From a virus, in IMG/VR virus record IMGVR_UViG_3300027503_000002: DNA of 64,000 nt; one strand, written 5' to 3'. The notes beneath the pieces were generated by a model. It was given only the letters and a program-made list of their open reading frames with translations. It did not search any database and was not told where the DNA came from. The translations under genes were made by a program, and so were the position numbers. Of the stretch, positions 49,188 through 58,273 are shown piece after piece (the first letter of the stretch is position 1; every line of letters begins with the position of its first letter).

Positions 49188-49940
49188 ATGGAACTGGACT
49201 TTTCAAAGCAAATTTCGGAAGCTGGCAAAACCGGATTGTGGGAAAACATTAGAAAAAAGAAAAAAAGAATGGGCAAAAACTACCGCCCGGCAAAACCCGG
49301 TTCTCCAGACCGCCCAAGCAAAGAAGCTTGGCAGAAAGCACAGGCCGCTATTGAGTTAACCTATACAGAGGCCGAGAAGAAGACCCTTAATAAACCTTTC
49401 CGTTTACCTTCCGGTTCCAAAAAGAAGTTTGGTGTTTACGTTAAGAATCCAAAAGGCAATGTTGTAATGGTTAAATTTGGCGACCCCAATATGGAGATCA
49501 AGCGCGACGATCCAGATCGCCGCAAGAACTTCCGTGCCCGCCATCAGTGCGACTCCAACCCCGGTCCTAAGTGGAAGGCGCGCTACTGGTCTTGCAGAAT
49601 GTGGGAGGGCGGCAAGTCTGTAACCCAAGTTACCAAAGGCTCGCTTGAAGAAGACCTGTACGAACAGCAAACGCTAATGCAGGAAAATCCAGAGCTTAAT
49701 AACGTAGAGGAAGTCGAGGAGCCAGAGGAAGAGGGAATGGATTATGCCAAAGATGCAGCCGAAATGGCGTATTCAAATCTTATGGCGATTAAGAGAAACG
49801 TTGCCCTGATTGAGGCTTTAGCCAATTCTTCTGAAGAGGTTAAGATGGAGCTTGGTGAATCTTGGCTTAGCGGAAAGCTTGTTATTTGCGACGATTATCT
49901 AAATGCAGTAGCTAAGTATTTAAGTTCAGAACAAGAATAA
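49188..49940 (+). CDS. conserved phage protein (basic N-terminal modules, acidic C-terminus)
   Basis: GLWENIRKK and VKFGDPNM...NFRARHQC...ARYWSC modules typical of large phages. Confidence 0.65.
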   Translation: MELDFSKQISEAGKTGLWENIRKKKKRMGKNYRPAKPGSPDRPSKEAWQKAQAAIELTYTEAEKKTLNKPFRLPSGSKKKFGVYVKNPKGNVVMVKFGDPNMEIKRDDPDRRKNFRARHQCDSNPGPKWKARYWSCRMWEGGKSVTQVTKGSLEEDLYEQQTLMQENPELNNVEEVEEPEEEGMDYAKDAAEMAYSNLMAIKRNVALIEALANSSEEVKMELGESWLSGKLVICDDYLNAVAKYLSSEQE

Positions 49941-49963
49941 GCCAAAAGATATAGAAAATATAG

Positions 49964-49994
49964 ACCCGCCTTCTAAGATCTAGAAAGCGGGTTT
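49964..49994 (+). terminator. possible terminator hairpin
   Basis: ACCCGCCTTCTA...TAGAAAGCGGGT followed by TT. Confidence 0.45.
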
Positions 49995-50001
49995 ATTATT
50001 T

Positions 50002-50649
50002 ATGGCAGAAATAACCAGAGACGATCTTTTGGGTCGATCAATAATCGAATTTGTTCAAAAGTTTAAAATACAAAAAGTATTAGAAATTGGATCTTGGGAT
50101 GGGACTGGGTCAACCTCTTGCTTCATCGAAGCAATGCTTCCTTTCGACGATAAGTCCCTTTCCTGTTTGGAAATTAATAAAGATAGGTTTGTTGATCTAG
50201 TTAAAAATACAAAAAAACACGAATGGATAAAGTGCTACAATGAATCGTCTATATCCTACAAATCTTTACTTTATAAGGATTTTGATAATATATGGCATTC
50301 ACCATTCAACGGACTGCCTAGAGAATACAACCCAAAACACATAGTAAAAGGCTGGTTTGAAGACGATGTTGTCAAACTTAAGCAAGTAGATGCGGGCTTT
50401 CTGGAAAGAGATAATTCGTTTTTTGACGGTGTCCTAATAGACGGAAGCGAGTTTACTGGTTTAAGTGAGTTTGAGTTATTGAAGAATAGGGTTAATTATC
50501 TTTTCTTGGATGATGTTTTTCACGCATTCAAGACGAGAGAGGTTGCAGATATTTTGCTTAGGGATTCTGGCTGGGAATGCCTTGGATATAGCCAGAACAC
50601 AAGAAATGGCTTTATGGTATTCAAGAGAAAAAATCTCATCAATGGATAA
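50002..50649 (+). CDS. SAM-dependent methyltransferase-like protein
   Basis: VLEIGSWDGTGST, LIDGSEF, LDD. Confidence 0.7.
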   Translation: MAEITRDDLLGRSIIEFVQKFKIQKVLEIGSWDGTGSTSCFIEAMLPFDDKSLSCLEINKDRFVDLVKNTKKHEWIKCYNESSISYKSLLYKDFDNIWHSPFNGLPREYNPKHIVKGWFEDDVVKLKQVDAGFLERDNSFFDGVLIDGSEFTGLSEFELLKNRVNYLFLDDVFHAFKTREVADILLRDSGWECLGYSQNTRNGFMVFKRKNLING

Positions 50650-51589
50650 TCCAAAGGATATTTTAACAAAGTTTTATTCTTCAAAAAAATGCACTAGGCC
50701 GATATTAAAAGATCTTGATAAGATAAAAGAATCTAATGAGTTAAATTTAACAACTTTAAATATTGGACTTGGAGATGCAATTATTTTATCGTCTCTTACA
50801 AAAGACACTAGAAAAAAGTTAGATATTTATTCTTTAAATAGGCACTGGCAAACTTTGTGCAAATTTAATAATAAACTAAATCCATCAGTACAAGAGGCAA
50901 AGAACAGGATTAGAGTAGAGATCCTGCACTTTTTTGATTGCGGAAATGGACATCTGTATCAAAAAACACAAAGGGCTCTTGGCTTAGAAGTCGATACATT
51001 GCCTAAAGGATATCTAACTCCGACAGTAAAAACCTCTATTAGAAAAAATAGAATTGCTATTAATTTTTCTACTGGACCAAGCGGCCTAGATCTGTTATCT
51101 GTTGGATTTAAAAACCCAAGAAGACTAGAAGATAATGCCAAACTTGAAATTGAAAAATTTATCAAAAATTCAAATTATAGTTTTGTAGAAATAGGGACTG
51201 AAAGAATGTTCGACTTTGATAATGTTGAAGACTTCACAAACAGATCCGTTGAAGATTCACTGAATGAACTAAGCTCATGTGAATTTTTTATAGGGCTTAA
51301 TAGTGGCTTTATGAACGCAGCATCATGTTTTGATATTAAGTCAATTATCATTGTGAATGTGCCAAGAATAGAAGATCTTTATCTACCGATAATTGTTGAC
51401 TTCTACGATGACGAAACAAGAGCCGCGCAAGATCTTGAATGGCTGTTTCCGCAGAATGTGCATCTGCATCAAAATGGTGAAAATGAATTGGTTCCAATCG
51501 TATCAGAAGAAAATTTAAAAAAAGCAATTAATGGCGAGGTATATCCTTATTGGAAATTTGATTTTCTTGATCTAATATTTACAACATGA
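50642..51589 (+). CDS. GT9-like (GT-B) glycosyltransferase
   Basis: GLGDAIIL, FFIGLNSGFMNAA; ATG at 50642. Confidence 0.6.
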   Translation: MDNPKDILTKFYSSKKCTRPILKDLDKIKESNELNLTTLNIGLGDAIILSSLTKDTRKKLDIYSLNRHWQTLCKFNNKLNPSVQEAKNRIRVEILHFFDCGNGHLYQKTQRALGLEVDTLPKGYLTPTVKTSIRKNRIAINFSTGPSGLDLLSVGFKNPRRLEDNAKLEIEKFIKNSNYSFVEIGTERMFDFDNVEDFTNRSVEDSLNELSSCEFFIGLNSGFMNAASCFDIKSIIIVNVPRIEDLYLPIIVDFYDDETRAAQDLEWLFPQNVHLHQNGENELVPIVSEENLKKAINGEVYPYWKFDFLDLIFTT

Positions 51590-52728
51590 ACTGGCCGCTA
51601 AATGTAGACAACTTTACATTCGTTGATAGATTAAAAATTTGCTCCTTTATTCTTAATAAGAAGAACAGGTGGACGCAAGGGAATCTTATCTATCAGTTTG
51701 AACTAGCTATGGCGGATTTTGTTGACAGTAAGTACGCAGTATACTGTTCAAGCGGCTCAACTGCGAACACGATGATTGCGATGTATCTTGCTGACAAAGA
51801 GAAAGATAAGAATATCGTAGTTTTTCCATCTACAACTTGGGCCACATCAGTTGGACCATTTATTAGAGAAGGATTTTTACCAAAATTTATTGACGTATCC
51901 CTTGAGGATCTTTGCTTTAACTATGATCTGCTTGAGGACTTTGTATCAAAAAACAAAGATAATATTGCTGCAATCTTTCCGACAAGCCTGCTAGGATTTG
52001 TTCCAGATATCCCTAGATTAAAGAAAATAGCTCAAACTTATGGAGTAAGGCTAATGTTTGATAATTGCGAAAATACATTTGGGACTTATGATGGCAAAAA
52101 CGTATCATCTTTTGTTACCTCCACTACAAGTACTTATTTCGGCCACCATCTTCAAAGCATAGAAGGCGGATTTGTATTCACAAATGATGTAGATGAATAC
52201 GAATATTTCCTTATGCTTAGAAATCACGGGATGACAAGATCCGTAACAAATAATGCACGGTACGCCAATTTAGATGTTGATCCAAGATTTGATTTTTATT
52301 GCGTAGGGAATAATTTTCGAAACTCAGAAGTCCATGCGATGACTGGCCTTCTTGATCTCAAAAAAGCAGACAAACATATAGAAACGAGACGCAGGCTTTA
52401 CTCTTTATTTGACACATATCTTTCTGATCTTTATTATCTGCCGCCATTTGATGAAAAGAAGGAACATGTGGCTTTTGCCCTGCCAATCATACCGCTTAAG
52501 CAGGAAAGCAAGCAGCTCGCAATTAATTATTGCAATTCAAAGGGCATTGAAACAAGACCTATTATTTCTGGCAATCTGCTTAGACAAACTTGTTTTAAGC
52601 AGTTTGGCAACTACGCCGATTATCCAAATAGCGAGTTCCTGCATCACAATGGGTTCTATGTTGGTCTCCATACTAAACTCAAAGACTCTGACGTAAGAAA
52701 TTTAGCCAAAGATCTCAACACTATTTAA
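51586..52728 (+). CDS. colD: DegT-family PLP enzyme, ColD-like GDP-4-keto-6-deoxymannose 3-dehydratase
   Basis: SSGSTAN, DNCE, STYFGHHLQSIEGG with His at the usual Lys position; two genes from gmd. Confidence 0.65.
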   Translation: MNWPLNVDNFTFVDRLKICSFILNKKNRWTQGNLIYQFELAMADFVDSKYAVYCSSGSTANTMIAMYLADKEKDKNIVVFPSTTWATSVGPFIREGFLPKFIDVSLEDLCFNYDLLEDFVSKNKDNIAAIFPTSLLGFVPDIPRLKKIAQTYGVRLMFDNCENTFGTYDGKNVSSFVTSTTSTYFGHHLQSIEGGFVFTNDVDEYEYFLMLRNHGMTRSVTNNARYANLDVDPRFDFYCVGNNFRNSEVHAMTGLLDLKKADKHIETRRRLYSLFDTYLSDLYYLPPFDEKKEHVAFALPIIPLKQESKQLAINYCNSKGIETRPIISGNLLRQTCFKQFGNYADYPNSEFLHHNGFYVGLHTKLKDSDVRNLAKDLNTI

Positions 52729-52729
52729 A

Positions 52730-53086
52730 ATGTCAACCGAAAGAATAAATAAAATTAGCGAGCTTCTTCTAGAGGAGATCTCGGAACGGTTTGACAAAGA
52801 GCCGATCCACTCTTCTGATATCGAGTTTAGTGAAAGCTTCGCTGAAATCATGGATCGCTTTATTGTTCTGCACATTAGAATGTGGAAGCTGGAAGATGCG
52901 ATTGCCGATGCAAAGACGGACGCCGAAGTCGCAGACTTGAAAAGGAAAGTCGATTACTGTTTCAAAGATCGCCGCCCGAAGTTAACAAAGGCAATTAATT
53001 CATATCTTGACGTTTATGTTAACAAGAATAACGTCAAAAAGTTTTCAGAAGAAAACGTTAAACTTTATAAAGGATTTAAAAATTAA
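52730..53086 (+). CDS. small helical protein (DUF4254-like)
   Basis: MDRFIVLHIRMWKLED pattern seen in sugar loci. Confidence 0.5.
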   Translation: MSTERINKISELLLEEISERFDKEPIHSSDIEFSESFAEIMDRFIVLHIRMWKLEDAIADAKTDAEVADLKRKVDYCFKDRRPKLTKAINSYLDVYVNKNNVKKFSEENVKLYKGFKN

Positions 53087-54114
53087 TGAAAAAAGTAATC
53101 ATTACAGGAGTTACTGGTCAGGATGGTAGTCATATGGCAGATTACCTTTTAACTAACACTGATGTTCAAATTTTTGGTGCAGTTCGTCGTCTTAGTGTTT
53201 CCAACCATAAAAATATTAGCCATATTTCCGATCCAAGATTCAAGCTTATCGACCTTGATATTGGTGACCCAGAAAGCGTAAATAACGCGATATTCAAATA
53301 CAAGCCGGATTATTTTATTAATTTAGCGGCAAACTCCTTTGTAGGGACAAGTTGGGAAATGCCAGTCAACCATATGCAAACCAACTGTATGGGAGTGCTT
53401 TATCAACTTGAGGCAATTAGAAAGTTTGTTCCAAACTGTCGCTACTACAACGCAGGCTCCTCAGAGGAATTTGGAGATGTTACCTTTAGCCCCCAAACAG
53501 AATTTCATCCACTTAGACCCAGAAGTCCATACGGAGCATCAAAAGCTGCCGCAAGACAAGTTGTAAAAGTATGGAGAGACTCTTACAATCTTTATGCAGT
53601 TCAAGGCTGGCTTTTTAATCACGAAGGAACTCGCAGAGGCTCAGAGTTTGTCACTAGAAAGATCACCAAGGGAGTTGCAAAAATTAAAAAGGCAATAGAC
53701 TCAAATAACTTTATTGAGGCTATAAAGCTAGGCAATCTTGAGTCAAAGCGCGATTGGAGTGATGCTGAAGACTTTGTTCATGGTATTTGGCTGATGCTTA
53801 ATCAGGAAAAGCCAAAGGACTATGTGCTTTCTTCTGACGAAACTCATACTGTTAGAGAATTTGTAGAACTGTCTTTTGCTGCGGCTGGTATCGAAGGTCA
53901 ATGGCTCGGCAACCGAGGAACCATCGAAGAAGTCTTTATAAATAAGGAAAGCAGACTTCCTATGGTAATGATCGATCCAAAGTTCTTCCGCCCAGCTGAA
54001 GTCGAACTGCTTCTTGGCGATTCTACAATGGCCAGAAGTGAGCTTGGCTGGCGACCCAAGACAAGCTTCTTCCAGCTTGTTAAAAAGATGACGCTCAACG
54101 ACCTTGCTCAATGA
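53086..54114 (+). CDS. gmd: GDP-mannose 4,6-dehydratase
   Basis: ITGVTGQDGS, PRSPYGASK, FNHE, FVTRKIT, RDW, FRPAEVELLLGD. Confidence 0.95.
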   Translation: MKKVIITGVTGQDGSHMADYLLTNTDVQIFGAVRRLSVSNHKNISHISDPRFKLIDLDIGDPESVNNAIFKYKPDYFINLAANSFVGTSWEMPVNHMQTNCMGVLYQLEAIRKFVPNCRYYNAGSSEEFGDVTFSPQTEFHPLRPRSPYGASKAAARQVVKVWRDSYNLYAVQGWLFNHEGTRRGSEFVTRKITKGVAKIKKAIDSNNFIEAIKLGNLESKRDWSDAEDFVHGIWLMLNQEKPKDYVLSSDETHTVREFVELSFAAAGIEGQWLGNRGTIEEVFINKESRLPMVMIDPKFFRPAEVELLLGDSTMARSELGWRPKTSFFQLVKKMTLNDLAQ

Positions 54115-55061
54115 ACCATATCCTAGCTTATTGCGTACTGAATGAATTTCATCCATCAAGATTAAATATCTCAAGAGATTTAAACAGCGTAAATCTTTTT
54201 AGAAACGAAGCTCACTGCTCCATCTCTAGGGATGGAGTTCGTGTTTTAAGAAAGTCAAATTGGATCGACGAGATACGACTTAATTTCTTTATCCAATTTA
54301 CAGACGCAACCATTAGAAGCTATAATTTGTGCGATCTTGATTTTGAAGCCATTGTAAACTTTAACGATGGTCCGCAGAACGACTCAAAGGAAACAAGGCT
54401 GTGCTTTGCGCGTCCAAGAAACAGTCCACACATCTGCATTCCAGATTCTCATTTGTCGCGAACAGCTAGCATCTGTAGCCAAATAGAGAGCGTGGATATT
54501 CCATTTGAAGAAAAAATGGATAAAGCGATTTTTTGCGGGTCAGATACTGGCGCAAAGCACAATGGTTCAGTGCAAAGAATTGATCTTTGCAGAAAGTACA
54601 GATACAGCCAACTAGTAGACGCTAAGATTACAAACTTTGTCGAATTTCCCTTTGAGGATGGCATCGCTGGAGCTTATATCAGTATTGCTGATCAATTAAA
54701 ATATAAATATATTTTAAATGTCAATGGCAACACCACATCTTGGGAGAGGCTAATCTGGGCAATGAAATCAAATTCTATTTGTATTTATGTTCGCCCTCCG
54801 TCGTATCAAGATGAGATTTCTTGGTACTATCATATGTTTGATGTCATTCAGGGCGTAATTTATGTTGATCAAGACTGTATCGAACACTTTATGGCACAGA
54901 TGGGAAATGATAAAAATTACATTCAATCAATTAAAAATTGTCAAAAATATCTAGCAAATGCTCTTGACAAACCAGACGTTCATGCCGCATACTTCTCCGC
55001 AATCCTAAAAGCTTATAACAGTTATTACAATGGAGGCGGCGATGTTCAAAAACTCAGTTAA
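54111..55061 (+). CDS. GT90 (CAP10/KDELC/POGLUT-like) glycosyltransferase
   Basis: KAIFCGSDTG, QLKYKYILNVNGNTTSWERL...SNS, WYY. Confidence 0.75.
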   Translation: MNHILAYCVLNEFHPSRLNISRDLNSVNLFRNEAHCSISRDGVRVLRKSNWIDEIRLNFFIQFTDATIRSYNLCDLDFEAIVNFNDGPQNDSKETRLCFARPRNSPHICIPDSHLSRTASICSQIESVDIPFEEKMDKAIFCGSDTGAKHNGSVQRIDLCRKYRYSQLVDAKITNFVEFPFEDGIAGAYISIADQLKYKYILNVNGNTTSWERLIWAMKSNSICIYVRPPSYQDEISWYYHMFDVIQGVIYVDQDCIEHFMAQMGNDKNYIQSIKNCQKYLANALDKPDVHAAYFSAILKAYNSYYNGGGDVQKLS

Positions 55062-55665
55062 CTTAATCGGTATCTATGGCGACGATCTTACTCACGCTTG
55101 TTCTGCTTGGACTTCAACCAGTCGTGACATCAATGAAGAAAAGAAGGGCAGAGTGGGCGATCTACTCAAGATGCTGGCTGAAAATGGACACCACACTCCC
55201 TTTGAAAAATCCTCCCTGCATTTTCTAATAAAGACAGACATAGCCTCTCATATTCATCTAATCAAGCATAGAGTTGGCGTATCGGTAAACGGAGAATCTG
55301 CAAGATACAAGGAGATCAAAGAGGATGACTATCTTGTTCCGCAAGATTGGCCAGATACTTGGAAGGAGATCCTCTCTACCCATACCGAAAGAGGAATGGA
55401 TCTGTATCACAAGTGTATCGAAGACCTAGTTAAGAACTATGGCTTCACCAGAAAGCGCGCAAAGGAGTCAGCTAGATTCTTCCGTGGGTATAATACCCAG
55501 ATTACAAGCGATGTAATGTTTAATTGGCGCTCGTTTTATCACTTCTTAAACCTTCGTAATAAGCAAGATGCACAAGTAGAGATTCGCAATATTGCATCAG
55601 AGATGCTTGAACTTGTAAAAGAAACCAACAAGTTCCCACTTACAATACAAGCTTTTAAGCTTTAA
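55042..55665 (+). CDS. thyX: flavin-dependent thymidylate synthase
   Basis: HHTPFE, KHRVGVSVNGESARY, NWRSFYHFLNLR, AQVEIR. Confidence 0.9.
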   Translation: MFKNSVNLIGIYGDDLTHACSAWTSTSRDINEEKKGRVGDLLKMLAENGHHTPFEKSSLHFLIKTDIASHIHLIKHRVGVSVNGESARYKEIKEDDYLVPQDWPDTWKEILSTHTERGMDLYHKCIEDLVKNYGFTRKRAKESARFFRGYNTQITSDVMFNWRSFYHFLNLRNKQDAQVEIRNIASEMLELVKETNKFPLTIQAFKL

Positions 55666-55672
55666 GTGTAAA
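55666..55672 (+). promoter_or_regulatory. putative late promoter element GTGTAAA
   Basis: 7 nt upstream of GTG 55680. Confidence 0.5.
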
Positions 55673-55679
55673 TAGTGGT

Positions 55680-56111
55680 GTGACCACTGAACTCATAAGC
55701 CTGTTTGGCGGCGCCATAACAGGCTTTATTTTTAGAATAATTGCATTAAAGGCAGAAGAAAGCAAGAATCGCTTTGATCGGATGATGAACGCAATTGATA
55801 AGCAGGACGAATCTGCTGACAAAGCAGCAAACAGAGACCCAGATTTTGGCAAGGTAATTAGACGAATGATAGTGATGTCGGTCATATTCTCTATCGTTAT
55901 ATCTCCGTTTGTGATGGCAATTCTTGGAATCCCAACTTATTTAGAAGTTAGTTATCAGGATGGCGGCGGGCTGTTTGGCTTTTTAGCCGATAAAACCAAG
56001 ACCGCCTTTGTTGAAATTTCTGGCAATTTAATTACCACCGAGATAAGACAGTGCCTAATCGCCATTACTGGATTTTATTTTGGTTCTGCCGCCGCAGCAA
56101 ATAAGTCCTGA
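55680..56111 (+). CDS. membrane protein, holin-like
   Basis: Three hydrophobic segments; C-terminal GFYFGS. Confidence 0.5.
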   Translation: MTTELISLFGGAITGFIFRIIALKAEESKNRFDRMMNAIDKQDESADKAANRDPDFGKVIRRMIVMSVIFSIVISPFVMAILGIPTYLEVSYQDGGGLFGFLADKTKTAFVEISGNLITTEIRQCLIAITGFYFGSAAAANKS

Positions 56112-56150
56112 AAGGCTTGACAAGGTTAGGGAGATCGCTGAAGCTGGGTT

Positions 56151-56480
56151 ATGAAGCAAAGGATTAATAGGCGAAATTATATTAATAATTTTGTCAACAT
56201 TCCTAAGAATGCTGGCAAAGAATTCTGGATCAAGGAGATGGTATTATTCAAGAGACTTGAAGCCACTTATGGGATCGAGTTTCTTTCGCAATTTGTTCCA
56301 CCAGAAAAGATTGCATCACTTGCGATGTTCTTTTCTGATTATGGCAAGAAAAGGCTTGAAAGCTACAAGAACCAATTTTACTATCGTCCACAAGTTATCG
56401 AACGTCCGGTTATCTCCGAAAAAGTTGGAGATGACGTTCAAATTAAAACCAAAAAAACACTTAGAGATTTTCTACAATGA
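56151..56480 (+). CDS. hypothetical protein
   Basis: 109-aa ORF after TTGACA (56117), with ATGA overlap to the recA-like gene. Confidence 0.65.
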   Translation: MKQRINRRNYINNFVNIPKNAGKEFWIKEMVLFKRLEATYGIEFLSQFVPPEKIASLAMFFSDYGKKRLESYKNQFYYRPQVIERPVISEKVGDDVQIKTKKTLRDFLQ

Positions 56481-57634
56481 GCAAGAAGGCAAAAGAAGAA
56501 CAGAAAGAAGATGGCATTTCATCCAAGAGTATTCTTGGCGATTTTTTAAAGTCCAACAAGGACGACCATTACAATTTCGAAGAGTCTGTAAACTACAAGG
56601 TTTCTACAGGCTCTTTGAATATGGATATGCAAACAGGCGGCGGTCTTGGACCAGGTCTACATCGCTTCGTAGGCTTTACCGAGGGCGGCAAGACCTCTGC
56701 GTCACTTGAGGTTATGCGGAACTTCCTCAATACCGTTCCAAGCTCAAAGGGCTTTTATATTAAAGCCGAGGGTCGCCTTTCCCCAGAGATGCAAAAGAGA
56801 AGCGGAGTAAAGTTCGTGTTTGACCCGTCCGAATGGGAGGCTGGCACCTGTTTTGTTTTTGAATCGAACATCTATGAGACCGTCGTAGACGCAATGCGAA
56901 AGCTGGTAATGTACAACGACGAAAAGAACAAGTATATGTTCATCGTTGATTCTGTTGACGGACTCATTGCGAAGAACGATCTTGATAAGACTTTTGAAGA
57001 GTCTGTAAAGGTCGCTGGTGGCGCCGTTATCGCAGCAAACCTTATGAAAAAGATTTCTATCGCGCTTACCAAGCGCGGGCATATGGCGATCTTTATCTCT
57101 CAGGTCAGAAGCGATATCAAACTGGACCCTTACAGTTCAGCACCAATCCGCCAAACATCCGCCACTGGTGGCAATGCCCTGCTTCACTTTGCTAATTTTA
57201 TCTTTGAATTTGAGCCTCGCTTTGAGGGAGATATTATCCTTAAAGACCCAAGCATAAAGAAGTCAGACCCGATAAAAAACCCAATCATCGGACACAACTG
57301 TAAGATTTATATCAAAAAAAGTCCAAATGAGAAGAGCAAGAATAGAGTTACATATCCAATCAAGTATGGACGCAGCAATGGCAGATCCGTATGGGTTGAG
57401 AAGGAGATTGTTGATATGCTGCTTACTTGGGAACTCGTAAGTCGTGCTGGAGCTTGGTATGCCGTATCGGAAGATCTTGCCAAAATTGCCAAGGATATCG
57501 GCATAGATATGCCTGAAAAATTTCAAGGGGAAAACGCGGTCTTTGAATTTATTGAAGCCAACGAAAAGCTGACTAAGACCCTGCACAAGTACTTCATTAA
57601 TATTATCGCTGAGAACTCAGCAAATGAAGTTTAA
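56477..57634 (+). CDS. RecA/UvsX-like recombinase
   Basis: STGSLNMD, GFTEGGKTS, IVDSV, FISQVR, TGGNALLH. Confidence 0.9.
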   Translation: MSKKAKEEQKEDGISSKSILGDFLKSNKDDHYNFEESVNYKVSTGSLNMDMQTGGGLGPGLHRFVGFTEGGKTSASLEVMRNFLNTVPSSKGFYIKAEGRLSPEMQKRSGVKFVFDPSEWEAGTCFVFESNIYETVVDAMRKLVMYNDEKNKYMFIVDSVDGLIAKNDLDKTFEESVKVAGGAVIAANLMKKISIALTKRGHMAIFISQVRSDIKLDPYSSAPIRQTSATGGNALLHFANFIFEFEPRFEGDIILKDPSIKKSDPIKNPIIGHNCKIYIKKSPNEKSKNRVTYPIKYGRSNGRSVWVEKEIVDMLLTWELVSRAGAWYAVSEDLAKIAKDIGIDMPEKFQGENAVFEFIEANEKLTKTLHKYFINIIAENSANEV

Positions 57635-58034
57635 GACCCTAAATGGCAAAGAGCGCTTTCTTAAAAATGCTAAAAAATACATAATTAATTGGGAAGCGAA
57701 ATCCAAAAGCAACATCCAATGGAGGGTAAAGCAGTTTTTATTACCCTACTGGAAGTACGACGTTGTGTTTGAGGAGATAAGGGTTGTAGGAACCCGCCTA
57801 TCTCTTGACATTTATAATGCAAATAAAAAGATAGCGATAGAGGTTCAGGGCAAGCAGCATCAAACCTACAACCCTTATTTCCACGGCAATGATCGGCGTA
57901 AGTGGTTGTCCCAGCTTAAACGTGACGATTTAAAGTTGCAATTTTGCTTGACAAACGGCATAAAGCTGGTAGAAATCTACGAGACCGATCTCATCTGCAA
58001 AGAAACGTTCGAAAAGCAAGGAATCATTTTATAA
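57624..58034 (+). CDS. Vsr/DUF559-like endonuclease
   Basis: LDIY...IAIEVQGKQH...RDDLK. Confidence 0.75.
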   Translation: MKFKTLNGKERFLKNAKKYIINWEAKSKSNIQWRVKQFLLPYWKYDVVFEEIRVVGTRLSLDIYNANKKIAIEVQGKQHQTYNPYFHGNDRRKWLSQLKRDDLKLQFCLTNGIKLVEIYETDLICKETFEKQGIIL

Positions 58035-58273
58035 TGAGCCAAGAATCAAAAGATAAGGAATTTTTGTTCCCACCAGAGATGGTTGAGCAAATTTACGAAC
58101 TCTCTGGAGGCGCAGAGAGTTATAAAGGCTTAATCCTATGTGTATGCACCCAGAATGGAGTGCCTCAAATCTTTACTAGATTTGATTCCGTAGTAACTTC
58201 CCTTGGTCTTAAAAAGGCGCTTGAGGAATATCTCAACTCTGAAGAGATGGATGTTAGAGACGACGAAATCTAA
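58034..58273 (+). CDS. hypothetical protein
   Basis: ATG at 58034 overlapping the previous stop (TAATG). Confidence 0.65.
   Translation: MSQESKDKEFLFPPEMVEQIYELSGGAESYKGLILCVCTQNGVPQIFTRFDSVVTSLGLKKALEEYLNSEEMDVRDDEI

Noticed and set aside
56191-56709. 172-aa alternative-frame ORF
   Set aside because: It overlaps two better-supported, translationally coupled genes and has no recognisable motifs.
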